From Candidatus Methylomirabilota bacterium (lineage in GTDB: Bacteria; Methylomirabilota; Methylomirabilia; Rokubacteriales; CSP1-6): 30,877 nt of DNA. Location of the stretch: NCBI GenBank assembly GCA_046726415.1, contig JBKPAK010000118.1, forward strand, positions 1 to 30,877, in the 5' to 3' direction. Shown piece after piece: positions 18,081 to 26,562 of the stretch; the first letter of the stretch is position 1, and the number at the start of each line of letters is the position of its first letter. The notes beneath the pieces were generated by a model that saw only the letters and a list, made by a program, of their open reading frames with translations, did not search any database and was not told the origin of the DNA. A program made the translations under genes and the position numbers.

Positions 18081-18111
18081 GGTTGGAGGGGGCGAGACGC
18101 CCCCTCCAACC
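18081..18111. repeat. Perfect 14-bp inverted repeat (REP-like hairpin) inside an operon spacer
   Basis: GGTTGGAGGGGGCG-aga-CGCCCCCTCCAACC, preceded by TGATTCATT (18070-18078) and followed by a C-rich tract. No U-tail. Confidence 0.75.
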
Positions 18112-18169
18112 CTCCCCATTTCACGCGGGGCCCGACCCTACGCCCACTCAACCTTCTCGTGCGATGCAC

Positions 18170-19579
18170 CTATCCTCGCACCGGCCGGGCCTTCCAGAAA
18201 TAGTTGTGAATGCCGTTCGCGGTGAAGAGGCGGCGAAACGTCATCTCCACGCGCTGACCGATCGCCACCGCCGCCGGATCGACGTCCGTCAGTTCGCACT
18301 GGAAGCGCCCGCCGCCCTCGAAGTCGATCACCGCCGCCACCACCGGCGGCGAGAGCGAGTAGGCCAGGCGATCGACGGTGTACGTGGCGATGGTGGCGGG
18401 CACGTCGGCCATCCGTTCCGACGTCATCCGGTCGACGGCGTGGCACTTGACGCACACGCGCTGAGGCGGCACGTGGCGGGCGCTGCACGCTTGACATCGG
18501 CTGCCCACGAAGGCGAACTTCCATGCCTCGGCACGAAAAGAGGGCGGCCCCGCTGGGGCTTCGGGATCCGGGCGACGCGGCGGCTCGCGCTGGAGAAATC
18601 CGCGCCAGGTGAGGAACGTCGCATACGACACGTTCCCGCCGCTGGCCGCCGCCTGCGCGATTGTCGGAGCTGGACGGCGCGTGGCCGCCGCGCCGGTGGT
18701 CTTCCAGACGGTGACGTCGGCACCGTCGGCCAGCGACACCAGAACGATGATCTCGTCGGGGGCCGCGCGTTCCAGGGCGTCGGACAGCAGGAGCGCAGCG
18801 TGGGCCGTCCCCGTGTTCCCGATGACACCGGTGAGATCGTCGCCGAGCGCCTCTGGTTTGGTTCCCACCGCCGTCACCGCGCGCTTGATGGCCCGGCCGT
18901 GCGGCCCCGCCGCGATGAGCCGGCTGATCCGCCCGGCTTCCACCCCAGCCTGCTTCAACGCCTCGCCGACCGCCGCCTGGGCCAGCGGGACGTACACGTG
19001 CTCGCCAAAGCGCTCCTCCCACTGGCGCGAGAACGCTTCACCGGGAACGCGCCAGCGGTCGAGGAACTCGCCGCTGGCCGACGCCGCCGCGATGGGCTCG
19101 GCGAGGACGGGCGCTCCATCCTCAGACGCTGCGCACAGGAGCGCGACGGCCGCGTCGCCCATGTCGCGCTCGTCGCCGCCCCCGGGCAGGCCGGTGCGGA
19201 CGTCGGCGAGCGCGACCAAGGTCGGCCGACCGGCATCGAGGCCAGCCCGAAGGGCGCCCGCCCCCGAGCGGATCGAACCCATCATGTCGAAGGCCATCGC
19301 CGAGTCGTCGAGACCGAGCGCGGCATGAATGGCCGTCGCGTTGGTCTTATCCAGGTAGGCTGGCGTCGCCGTGGCGAAGTACAGTCCCCGCGGTCTTACG
19401 CCCGGCGCCCCGCGGAGGGCGAGGCGCCCCGCCTCCACCGCCATCGACGTGGCGTCCTCGTCGTACGACGCCACCGCTCGCGTCCCCTGCCCGGCCGTCA
19501 CCCCGAGGGCGCTTCCTATGGTCTTGCGATCGAGGCGGTAGTAGGGCATGTAGACGCCGTAGGCCACGATCCCGTTCAT
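18170..19579 (-). CDS. HMG-CoA-synthase-like domain (non-catalytic) fused to a DUF35 Zn-ribbon/OB-fold domain
   Basis: N-terminus 'GIVAYGVYMPYYRL...DEDATSMAVEA' and 'GDAAVALL' are HMGS-like. C-terminus has CQAC...PPQRVCVKC followed by an OB fold 'GQRVEMTFRRL...YFWKARP'. Confidence 0.9.
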   Translation of the reverse strand: MNGIVAYGVYMPYYRLDRKTIGSALGVTAGQGTRAVASYDEDATSMAVEAGRLALRGAPGVRPRGLYFATATPAYLDKTNATAIHAALGLDDSAMAFDMMGSIRSGAGALRAGLDAGRPTLVALADVRTGLPGGGDERDMGDAAVALLCAASEDGAPVLAEPIAAASASGEFLDRWRVPGEAFSRQWEERFGEHVYVPLAQAAVGEALKQAGVEAGRISRLIAAGPHGRAIKRAVTAVGTKPEALGDDLTGVIGNTGTAHAALLLSDALERAAPDEIIVLVSLADGADVTVWKTTGAAATRRPAPTIAQAAASGGNVSYATFLTWRGFLQREPPRRPDPEAPAGPPSFRAEAWKFAFVGSRCQACSARHVPPQRVCVKCHAVDRMTSERMADVPATIATYTVDRLAYSLSPPVVAAVIDFEGGGRFQCELTDVDPAAVAIGQRVEMTFRRLFTANGIHNYFWKARPVRG

Positions 19580-19660
19580 GAGGGCCTATGGTACCGGCTT
19601 CGGCGAGCCTGGGCTACGACCTCCGGAAGAAGCTCAGTCAGCCTAGGTTAAGATCTCGCC

Positions 19661-20173
19661 GTGATGCCGCGCAACGTCGAGGTCAAGATTCACCTCGACG
19701 ATCTGGAATCGATCCGCGTCCGCGCGCTCGCCCTGGGCGCGGTGGATCACGGGTCCATCCATCAGGTCGATACGTACTTCGCCACGCCATCGGGGCATGG
19801 CACCCGCCTGAAGCTCCGCGAGCAGGATCCGGGTCGCAACGAGTTGCTCGCCTACCGACGTCCCGACACCGCCGGACTTCGCACGAGCGATTACCGCCTC
19901 TCCGCTGTCACCGACTCGACGGCGCTCCGGGAGGCGCTCGCCCTCGCCCTTGGGGTGGCCCGGCAAGTCGTGAAGAGGCGTCACCTCTTTTTGCTGGGGC
20001 GCACCCGCATTCACTTGGATTGCGTCGAAGGACTGGGAAACTTCCTCGAGCTGGAGGTCGTCCTGGCCGACGGTGAAGACACCGCGCGCGGCGAGCAGGA
20101 GGCCGAAGAGATCCTCGCGCGATTCGCGCTCGGGGCTCGGCCTCGCATTCCCGGTTCCTACGCTGATCTGTGA
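19661..20173 (+). CDS. CYTH-domain protein (class IV adenylate cyclase CyaB-like)
   Basis: 'RNVEVK', 'QVDTYF', 'RLKLRE', 'VKRRHLF', 'RIHLDCVEGLGNFLELEVVL', 'SYADL'. Confidence 0.9.
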   Translation: MMPRNVEVKIHLDDLESIRVRALALGAVDHGSIHQVDTYFATPSGHGTRLKLREQDPGRNELLAYRRPDTAGLRTSDYRLSAVTDSTALREALALALGVARQVVKRRHLFLLGRTRIHLDCVEGLGNFLELEVVLADGEDTARGEQEAEEILARFALGARPRIPGSYADL

Positions 20174-20216
20174 TGCCCCGCGCCGTCAAGGCGAAAGAGC
20201 CAGATGCGACATCGCG

Positions 20217-20245
20217 TTGCCCTCGCCCGCTCAGTCTGGTATCAC
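20217..20245 (+). promoter_or_regulatory. Putative sigma70-type promoter giving a leaderless amidase mRNA
   Basis: TTGCCC-17 bp-TATCAC with a TGn extension. ATG 20252 lies 6 nt after the -10 box and has no SD. Confidence 0.5.
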
Positions 20246-20251
20246 GAGCCC

Positions 20252-21928
20252 ATGATCGATCTCACTCCAGATCGCGTGCGCGCGTTGGCGGACGCCCTCG
20301 GCGTACCGCTCTCGGCTGACGACGTCGATGAGGTGACGCATCGCCTGAACGCTTTTCTCGACGCGCAGACGCCGCTGGCCGATCTGCCGCTCGACTCGGT
20401 GGAGCCCGTCCCCGCCTGGATGCCGAACGACCGTGCCTCCGCTCGCCGCGCCGCCCGCGCGCCCCGCGCCCGGTCCGCGAAGGGCCTGGCTACTCGGGAG
20501 ACCCACGACCCCAACGCGTCGATCGCGCACCGGAGCGCCACCGAGCTCGCTGGGCTGATCCACGCTCGAGAGGTCTCTCCGACCGCGCTGGTCGAGGCCC
20601 ACCTCGAGCGCATCGAACGCCTCGACGGGGACCTGCGCGCCTACATCACGGTGTGTGGAGAATCCGCGCTCGCCGACGCGAAGCGCGCCGAGGCGGCGGT
20701 GACGCACGGCGAGATCACCGGCCCATTCCACGGTCTTCCGTTCGCGGTGAAGGACCAGTTCGACACCGCCGGCCTCCGCACCACGTCGGGATCGCGGCTG
20801 CTCGCAGACAACATCCCCACCACCGACGCCCCCGTGGTCGCGCGCCTCCGCGCCGCCGGCGGAATTTTGCTGGGCAAGCTGAACATGACGGAATTCGCCC
20901 TCGGGGGGACTATCGACTTCCCCTTCGGCCAGCCGCGCAATCCGTGGAATCGCCTGCACGATCCAGGCGGCTCTTCGTCCGGATCGGGCATCGCCGCCGC
21001 GGCATCGCTGGCCACCGTGACGCTCGGAGAGGACACGGGCGGTTCGGTGCGCTCGCCCGCGGGCTGGTGCGGCGCGGTGGGACTGCGGCCCACCTGGGGG
21101 CTCGTGCCGCGCTCGGGCTGTTTTCCCCTGAGCTGGTCGATGGACGCCGCGGGCCCGCTCACCCGGACGGTCGAAGACGCCGCGCGAGTGCTCGCCGTGA
21201 TCGCCGGCCCCGATCCCGGTGACCCGCTGATGCGCCAGACACCGGCCCCCGATGTGATCACGCCCCTGCGAGCGGGTGTGCGCGGCCTGAGGATCGGCGT
21301 GATCCGCGAGCTGACCCTGGGCGTGGACACCGACTCGGAGGTACGCGCGGCCGTGCTCGCAGCGGCCGATGTGCTTCGGGGCCTTGGCGCGACCGTCGAC
21401 GAGGTCTCCCTCCCGCTCCTGCCGCTCTCGGGCGCCGTCTTCATGGCCATCGCCGACTCGGAGGGCGCGGGACGCCATCGGCCGTGGCTGGCGACGCGCG
21501 GCCAGAACTACGACGCGGGAACTCGGCGCCGGCTGGTGACCGCCGGATTGATTCCCACCGCGGTATATCACCAGGCGACGCGGGCGAGGGCCCTGATCCG
21601 AGCGCAAGTGCTCGAGACGCTCGGTCGCTGGGACGTCCTGTTGGCCCCGACAGCGCCGCGGAGCGCGCCGCTCATCGCCCAGACGCAGGCGCCGGTCACC
21701 GGCAAGGAGCAGGCGGCGGCGCGCTTCTTCACGCGCCGTTCCTACACCACGCCGGTCAGCCTGGCCGGAACACCGGCCATCTCAGTCCCGTGCGGCTTTA
21801 CCACAGCCCGTCTTCCCATCGGCCTGCAGATCGCCGGGCGCCTCTTCGACGAGCCGACGGTGCTTCGCGTCGCATGGGCATACGAGCAAGCCACGCCCTG
21901 GCATCGCGAGCGACCGCCGCTGGCTTGA
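20252..21928 (+). CDS. Amidase signature family enzyme with a fused N-terminal GatC-like segment
   Basis: 'AVKDQFD', 'PGGSSSGS', 'GEDTGGSVRSP'. N-terminal 'MIDLTPDRVRALADALGVPLSADDVDEVTHRLN...DSVEP' is followed by an Arg/Ala-rich linker. Confidence 0.92.
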   Translation: MIDLTPDRVRALADALGVPLSADDVDEVTHRLNAFLDAQTPLADLPLDSVEPVPAWMPNDRASARRAARAPRARSAKGLATRETHDPNASIAHRSATELAGLIHAREVSPTALVEAHLERIERLDGDLRAYITVCGESALADAKRAEAAVTHGEITGPFHGLPFAVKDQFDTAGLRTTSGSRLLADNIPTTDAPVVARLRAAGGILLGKLNMTEFALGGTIDFPFGQPRNPWNRLHDPGGSSSGSGIAAAASLATVTLGEDTGGSVRSPAGWCGAVGLRPTWGLVPRSGCFPLSWSMDAAGPLTRTVEDAARVLAVIAGPDPGDPLMRQTPAPDVITPLRAGVRGLRIGVIRELTLGVDTDSEVRAAVLAAADVLRGLGATVDEVSLPLLPLSGAVFMAIADSEGAGRHRPWLATRGQNYDAGTRRRLVTAGLIPTAVYHQATRARALIRAQVLETLGRWDVLLAPTAPRSAPLIAQTQAPVTGKEQAAARFFTRRSYTTPVSLAGTPAISVPCGFTTARLPIGLQIAGRLFDEPTVLRVAWAYEQATPWHRERPPLA

Positions 21929-22092
21929 TGCGGGGTATCGCTTTCCCGGCCGTCGAGGGGGCAAGAAACCCCAGGCCGCTACCGTCGGGCCGCGTGCACT
22001 GCCTCGCCTCGGGGATTATGGCCGGCCGGGCTCCCAGAAGGGAGCGAGTCGAGCGTCGTCGAGTGCACCCCGGTCTCGCCGCTCCGGGCGCG

Positions 22093-23088
22093 TCATCGAC
22101 GCAGCGCGGGCAGCACCTCGCGCCCGAATAGCTCGACGGTGCGTTCCGGGTCACTGGCCAGGCTAACCGTGAACATCAACTGCGGGGCGCCGGCCGCCGC
22201 CGCGGCGCGTGCCTGTTCGAGACAATCCTCCGGCGTGCCCGCCACCGCTAGTCGGGCGCGGAGGTAATCGAACAGGCCCAGCCGCTTGACCAGGCCGGGA
22301 TCCATCTCGCTCCGCGTGGTCGTGTACGTCGCCCGCATTTCGCGTACGGCAGGTACCAGCTCGGTGGGAACGCCGCGCCGCTCGGGATCAGCGCCGAGTA
22401 TGTACGCGGCCACGAAGCCCAGAATGTTCCCGAGTTTCTCGAGGGCCCGCTCACGGCGTTTGTCGCAGTCGAGACAGGCCACCCGCCACGCGTCGATCGC
22501 GCTCGCCTGCCGTCCCGCCGTGGCGGCGCCCTCACGCACGAGGGCCTTCGCGTGCGCCACGTGCTCGCGCTGGAGGCCGTAGTTGATGAAGAGGCCATCG
22601 GCCACCGCCCCGGCCGCGCGCAGCGCCGATGGACCGGAGGCCGCCGCGTACACCGGGACGCGGCGCCGCGCCCCACCGAGCTGAGAGGCCGCACCGCGCC
22701 AGGAGGCCCGCTCGCCCGCGAGGAGAGCGCGCAGATACGCGAGCCCCTCGCGCAGTACTCCCGGCCGAACGGCGGCGCCACCGACGTTCACCACCCCGCT
22801 GTGGCCCGCTCCCACGCCGAGGATCATCCTCCCGCCCGCAGCGAGGTTCACCGAGGCCGCCGCCGAGGCCGTGACTGCCGGGTGACGCGTGATGAGATTC
22901 GTCACACAGGTCGCCAGGCGGACGCGCTGGCTGGCGCGGGCGGCCAGAGTCATGGCCACCCACAGGTCCATCGCGTTACCGGGAGTGTCGGCGAGGCCCA
23001 CAAGATCGAAGCCGAGATCCTCGCCGAGCCTCACCATGTGCACGGTGTATTCCGGCGTGTACGGCCAGAAAAAGAAGCCGACTTTCAT
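22093..23088 (-). CDS. LLM-class flavin-dependent oxidoreductase (Mer-like)
   Basis: 'GFDLVGLADT', 'VTNLITRHPAVTAS...GGRMILGVGAG', 'VPVYAAASGP..LRAAGAVADG', 'AGTPEDC'. Start at ATG 23088 (MKVGFF). Confidence 0.88.
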   Translation of the reverse strand: MKVGFFFWPYTPEYTVHMVRLGEDLGFDLVGLADTPGNAMDLWVAMTLAARASQRVRLATCVTNLITRHPAVTASAAASVNLAAGGRMILGVGAGHSGVVNVGGAAVRPGVLREGLAYLRALLAGERASWRGAASQLGGARRRVPVYAAASGPSALRAAGAVADGLFINYGLQREHVAHAKALVREGAATAGRQASAIDAWRVACLDCDKRRERALEKLGNILGFVAAYILGADPERRGVPTELVPAVREMRATYTTTRSEMDPGLVKRLGLFDYLRARLAVAGTPEDCLEQARAAAAAGAPQLMFTVSLASDPERTVELFGREVLPALRR

Positions 23089-23116
23089 CGAGGCCTTCGC
23101 TCGTGGATGGGCCGCC

Positions 23117-23360
23117 TCAGTTGTCCGCCGCGGTGGAGGGATGGCCCTGGGTGTCATCGTCGACGAGCTCGATCGGCCGGCCGGCCGGCTGATAGCTGAC
23201 CGAGCTTCAGCGCGTCGGCCATGTCGTTGCCGCCTGGGCGAAGATCCCGATCAGCGGGCCGAGGGATCCCACGCTGATTGCCTCATGGGCCGGGCGACGG
23301 CAGTACGCGCGGGCAATCACAGAGAGTGCGCGGCGCTCATCGCGATGCGACCGATCTCAT
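23117..23360 (-). pseudogene. Frameshifted 5' remnant of a LivJ/LivK-type ABC transporter substrate-binding protein
   Basis: Joining frames gives 'PAHEAISVGSLGPLIGIFAQ / GNDMADALKL / AGRPIELVDDDTQGHPSTAADN*'. This matches the family N-terminus 'IKVG.L.PLTG.FA..G.DM..GL.L....AGR.IELV.EDT.G.P.TA'. Confidence 0.7.
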
Positions 23361-23398
23361 GCGCGCAACCCCTGCCGCGACGTCTCGAACGGCGGCCT

Positions 23399-23427
23399 AG
23401 GCTACTGCCGGACTCCGGGAGGGTCAA
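23399..23427 (-). promoter_or_regulatory. Putative sigma70-type promoter
   Basis: Minus strand TTGACC (23427-23422), 17-bp spacer, TAGCCT (23404-23399), about 40 nt upstream of the remnant's ATG. Confidence 0.6.
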
Positions 23428-23484
23428 GCGCCCGGCAGCAACGTCGTCCGGCCACGACAGCGCGGGCGTCGAGTGCGCCGCGGT

Positions 23485-23817
23485 TCAGCGTCGGCGCTTC
23501 GGCGACGCGACGTGACGGCGCAGTGCCGCCAGCCGCTCATCCCACCGAGCGCCGAGATCGGCCATCCACGTCACCGCCTCGGTGAGCGGCGCCGGAGAGA
23601 TCCGGTACAGCTTTTCGCGCCCGCGGCGGGTCGCCGTGACCAGCCCGGCGTCGGCGAGCGCCGCCAGATGCTTGGTGACAGCCTGGCGTGTCACCGGAAG
23701 CTGGGCGGAGAGACCGGTGGCCGTCGATGGTCCTTGCTCGGACAGCGCAAGGATGACCTGTCGGCGCGTCGGGTCGCCGAGCGCGCTGAAGATGGCGTCG
23801 GTCCGATTCCCCTTCAC
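23485..23817 (-). CDS. ArsR/SmtB-family transcriptional regulator (Cys-free, SRPBCC-associated type)
   Basis: 'IFSALGDPTRRQVILAL...PVTRQAVTKHLAALADAGLV...RGREKLY...WDERLAAL'. Its GTG start overlaps the SRPBCC stop (GTGA). Confidence 0.92.
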   Translation of the reverse strand: MKGNRTDAIFSALGDPTRRQVILALSEQGPSTATGLSAQLPVTRQAVTKHLAALADAGLVTATRRGREKLYRISPAPLTEAVTWMADLGARWDERLAALRRHVASPKRRR

Positions 23818-24209
23818 GCTCCGATCGCCGCCAGGGCGCTGCGGGGGGATACCACGCGGAGTTCCCCGCGCGGGAAGGCTGGCTGCTCCACGACGCGCAC
23901 TCGCGTACCGTCGGGGACCTCGTCCAGAGTGATCTCCACGCGGGTCGAGGGGACGGTGGCGATCTCGCCGGCGGCCGTCCGGTGAAACGGCAGCCATCGG
24001 AAGATCAGCTTGCGCTCCCATTCGACCTCTTCGACCACGACATGCCGCTCGGTGCCGTCCGACCACCGGAAGACCCCGCGGCCGCCGGGATGGACGGCGA
24101 TGTCCGTCTCGGCGCCGAACCAGGCGGAGACCTCCTCGGAATGGGTGAGGGCCGGCCACACCTCGGCGGGGGGCGCCGGCACGATGATCTCGCGCTCAAT
24201 CAGATCCAT
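23814..24209 (-). CDS. SRPBCC/AHSA1-domain protein
   Basis: 'IEREIIVPAPPAEVWPALT....SAWFG...PGGRGVFRW...STRVEITLDEVPDGTRVRVVE'. ATG 24209 follows GGAGG. Confidence 0.88.
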   Translation of the reverse strand: MDLIEREIIVPAPPAEVWPALTHSEEVSAWFGAETDIAVHPGGRGVFRWSDGTERHVVVEEVEWERKLIFRWLPFHRTAAGEIATVPSTRVEITLDEVPDGTRVRVVEQPAFPRGELRVVSPRSALAAIGA

Positions 24210-24228
24210 GGCGGGCCTCCGGAGATTA

Positions 24229-24292
24229 CGCGCAACTCGACAGTTGCGCGACCTCGTGCTACTGTCGCAACCGTAGGGTTGCACTGTAGCAC
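24229..24292. promoter_or_regulatory. Two palindromic GCAAC-N6-GTTGC operators with face-to-face extended -10 boxes
   Basis: CGCGCAACT-cgac-AGTTGCGCG (24229-24250) and GCAACC-gtag-GGTTGC (24267-24282). TGcTACTGT on + (24257-24265) and TGcTACAGT on - (24291-24283). Confidence 0.7.
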
Positions 24293-24322
24293 GATCGGCC
24301 ACCGCACCGGAGGAGGGCGCGC

Positions 24323-24952
24323 ATGAGCTTGATTCCCTACGTCGTGGACGAGACGCCTCGCGGCGAGCGGGCCTACGACATCTACTCGCGGCTGCTCAAG
24401 GACCGGATCGTCTTTCTGGGGACCATGATCGACGCCGAGGTGGCCAACCTAGTCACCGCGCAGCTGCTATTCCTGGAGTCGGAAGATCCCGGCAAGGATA
24501 TCCAGCTCTATATCAACTCGCCCGGCGGCGAGACGTCGGCCGGCCTGGCCATCTACGACACGATGCAGTACGTGAGGCCCGATGTTCGGACGCTGTGCAT
24601 GGGGCTGGCCGCCTCGGCGGCGGCGGTGCTGCTCGCGGCCGGGACGCCGGGCAAGCGCTATGCCCTTCCCAACGCCCGGATCATGATCCACCAGCCCTGG
24701 GGCCAGATCGGCCGAGGCCAGGCGGTCGACCTCGGTATCCAGGCCAGGGAGTTCCTCAAAACGAAGCAGCTCATGGAGGAACTCCTGGCCCGGCATACCG
24801 GACAGCCAGTCGAGAAGGTCCACCAGGATACCGACCGCGACCACTACATGGACCCCGAGGAGGCCCGGGTCTATGGGATGATCGACGCCGTCTTCTCGCA
24901 CCGTCCGACGCTCGCCATCACTCCCCCGTCGCCGAACGGCGGGCCGACCTGA
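24323..24952 (+). CDS. clpP: ATP-dependent Clp protease proteolytic subunit
   Basis: '[20 protein letters not shown]', 'YINSPGG'. Triad Ser (GLAASAA), His (IMIHQP) and Asp (DRDHYM) are present. SD GGAGGAGG. Confidence 0.97.
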   Translation: MSLIPYVVDETPRGERAYDIYSRLLKDRIVFLGTMIDAEVANLVTAQLLFLESEDPGKDIQLYINSPGGETSAGLAIYDTMQYVRPDVRTLCMGLAASAAAVLLAAGTPGKRYALPNARIMIHQPWGQIGRGQAVDLGIQAREFLKTKQLMEELLARHTGQPVEKVHQDTDRDHYMDPEEARVYGMIDAVFSHRPTLAITPPSPNGGPT

Positions 24953-24980
24953 TCCGTGGCCTTCATGAAAGACTCGCACC

Positions 24981-25754
24981 TCATCCAGGACGCCGCGCGG
25001 GAGCTCGGCACTGGCGAGTCGAGACAGATCGGCCATGACGGCATCTGACGCCGAGGGGTCCGTCACGAGAATAATTTCCGAGCCCTCGGCGAGGCAGCTC
25101 CTGGGCCTGGGAGCTACCTCGTCGGACCAAGTTCTCGAGCAACACCCGGATGCAGAACGGAAGGCGATCCAAGCTCACGCCGAGATGCCCTTCCACGGCG
25201 CGGAGACTCCAGAACGCGTAGGTGCGGTCGGCGACGGCGAGCGCGCGCCGCGCCAGGACGTCGAGCGAGGGTCGGTCCAGGACCGCGCGATCGGAGCGGC
25301 CGATGATCGACGCGATCTCCCGCTCGTGGGCCGTGTCCTCTTCGCGGATCCGGAGCAGCAGCGCTGCGACGTCCGGGTAGTCGCGCTGCACCGCATAGGC
25401 GTCGTCCACCAGGGTCTCAAGTGTGTCCTTCTCGGCCTCTAGATCGCTGACGAGCCGCTCCCAGGTCGTCCGAGCAGCCGGCGGGCTCGGCACGCGCTCC
25501 GGAACCCGGCCGCCCAGTCGCTGGATCGTCTGCCGCAACCAGCGGGCGTGGTTCTCCTCCCTGGCTGCGATCTCGAGCAGGCGTTCTCGGCGATCGGGAT
25601 ACCGGCCGAGGCGATCAGCGTCTTCGGCGAACCGCCGTGCCGCGCGGATCTTCGCCGTGTAATGCGCGCCGAGAATGTCCCGGACGTGGAGCCGCTCGGC
25701 TCGGGTGAGCGCCCGGAGGCGCGCGCGCCAGCCACGGAGGCGCCCAATTCGCAT
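24981..25754 (-). pseudogene. Ferritin-like domain fused in frame to a truncated aconitase A N-terminus
   Basis: Four-helix pattern 'LLEIAAREENHARWL...IQRLGG...LEAEKD...LLRIREEDTAHERE'. It continues into 'RRALAVADRTYAFWSL...SLDRLPFCIRVLLENLVR' (AcnA N-terminus), then similarity is lost. ATG overlaps the degP stop (TGATG). Confidence 0.65.
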
Positions 25755-26562
25755 CAACCTCGCTCGATCACCGCGTAGGTCGTCGCTCCCCCGCGGTTGA
25801 CGACCACAACGAAATCCCGGTCGCCGCCCTGGGCGACGACTCGCGAGAAGTCTCGGGCCGATGCCACCGGCTGCCGGTTCACTTCCTGGATGATGTCCCC
25901 CGGACGGATTCCCGCCTCGGCGGCGGGGCTGCCCGGCAAGACCTGAGTGACCACGACGCCTTGGAGCTCCGGCGGCAGACCCAGTCGTCGCGGCAGCTCC
26001 GGCGTCACGTCTGCAACGGAAAGACCTGGACTCTCCTGTCGCGCGCCCGGAGCGGCCGCGGCCGTCGTCCGCTCGGGAGCGGCACCAATGGTCACATCGA
26101 CCGTCTGCTCGCGCCCGTCGCGGACAATCGTCAGCCGCGCCTTCGTGCCCGGCGGCGCGCTGGCGATGAGATTGCGAAAGTGGCCGACGTCCTCCACCGG
26201 TTTGCCGTCGATGACCGTGATGACGTCGCCCCGCCGCAATCCGCTGTTCGCCGCGGGCCCGTCAGGGCTGACGTCTGCCACGACGAGACCCCGCATGTCG
26301 GACAGGCCGAGCCCGCGCGCCAGGGTCGGTGTCAGCTCCTGCACGGCCACGCCCAGATGCCCGCGGGTCATGCGTCCGCGGGTGGTGACGAGCTGGTCCA
26401 TGACCTGCCTCGCCATGTTGACCGGGATCGCGAAGCCGATGCCCATGTAGCCCCCACTCTGGGAGAAGATGGCGGTGTTGATCCCGATCAGCGCGCCGCC
26501 GGCGTTCACCAGCGCGCCCTCCGAGTTTCCGGGCTTTATGGGGGTCGCGCCGCCCGCACCAT
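25754..26562 (-). pseudogene. degP: Internally deleted HtrA/DegP serine protease (end of protease domain plus two PDZ domains)
   Basis: 'IKPGNSEGALVNAGGALIGINTAIFSQSGGYMGIGFAIPVN' followed by two PDZ domains. Signal peptide and catalytic His/Asp regions are absent. The upstream ATG 26562 gives only MVRAARPP*. Confidence 0.8.

Noticed and set aside
16799-19651. 950-aa plus-strand ORF
   Set aside because: Antisense shadow of the thiolase and HMGS-DUF35 genes. Arg/Gly-rich, no motifs; expected at this GC content.
21929-22092. Short stems between the convergent amidase and LLM genes
   Set aside because: Only weak GC pairings without U-tracts; not distinguishable from chance.
23089-23400. Riboswitch or ncRNA in the long leader
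   Set aside because: No recognisable aptamer consensus, including cobalamin. The region is better explained as a decayed SBP gene.
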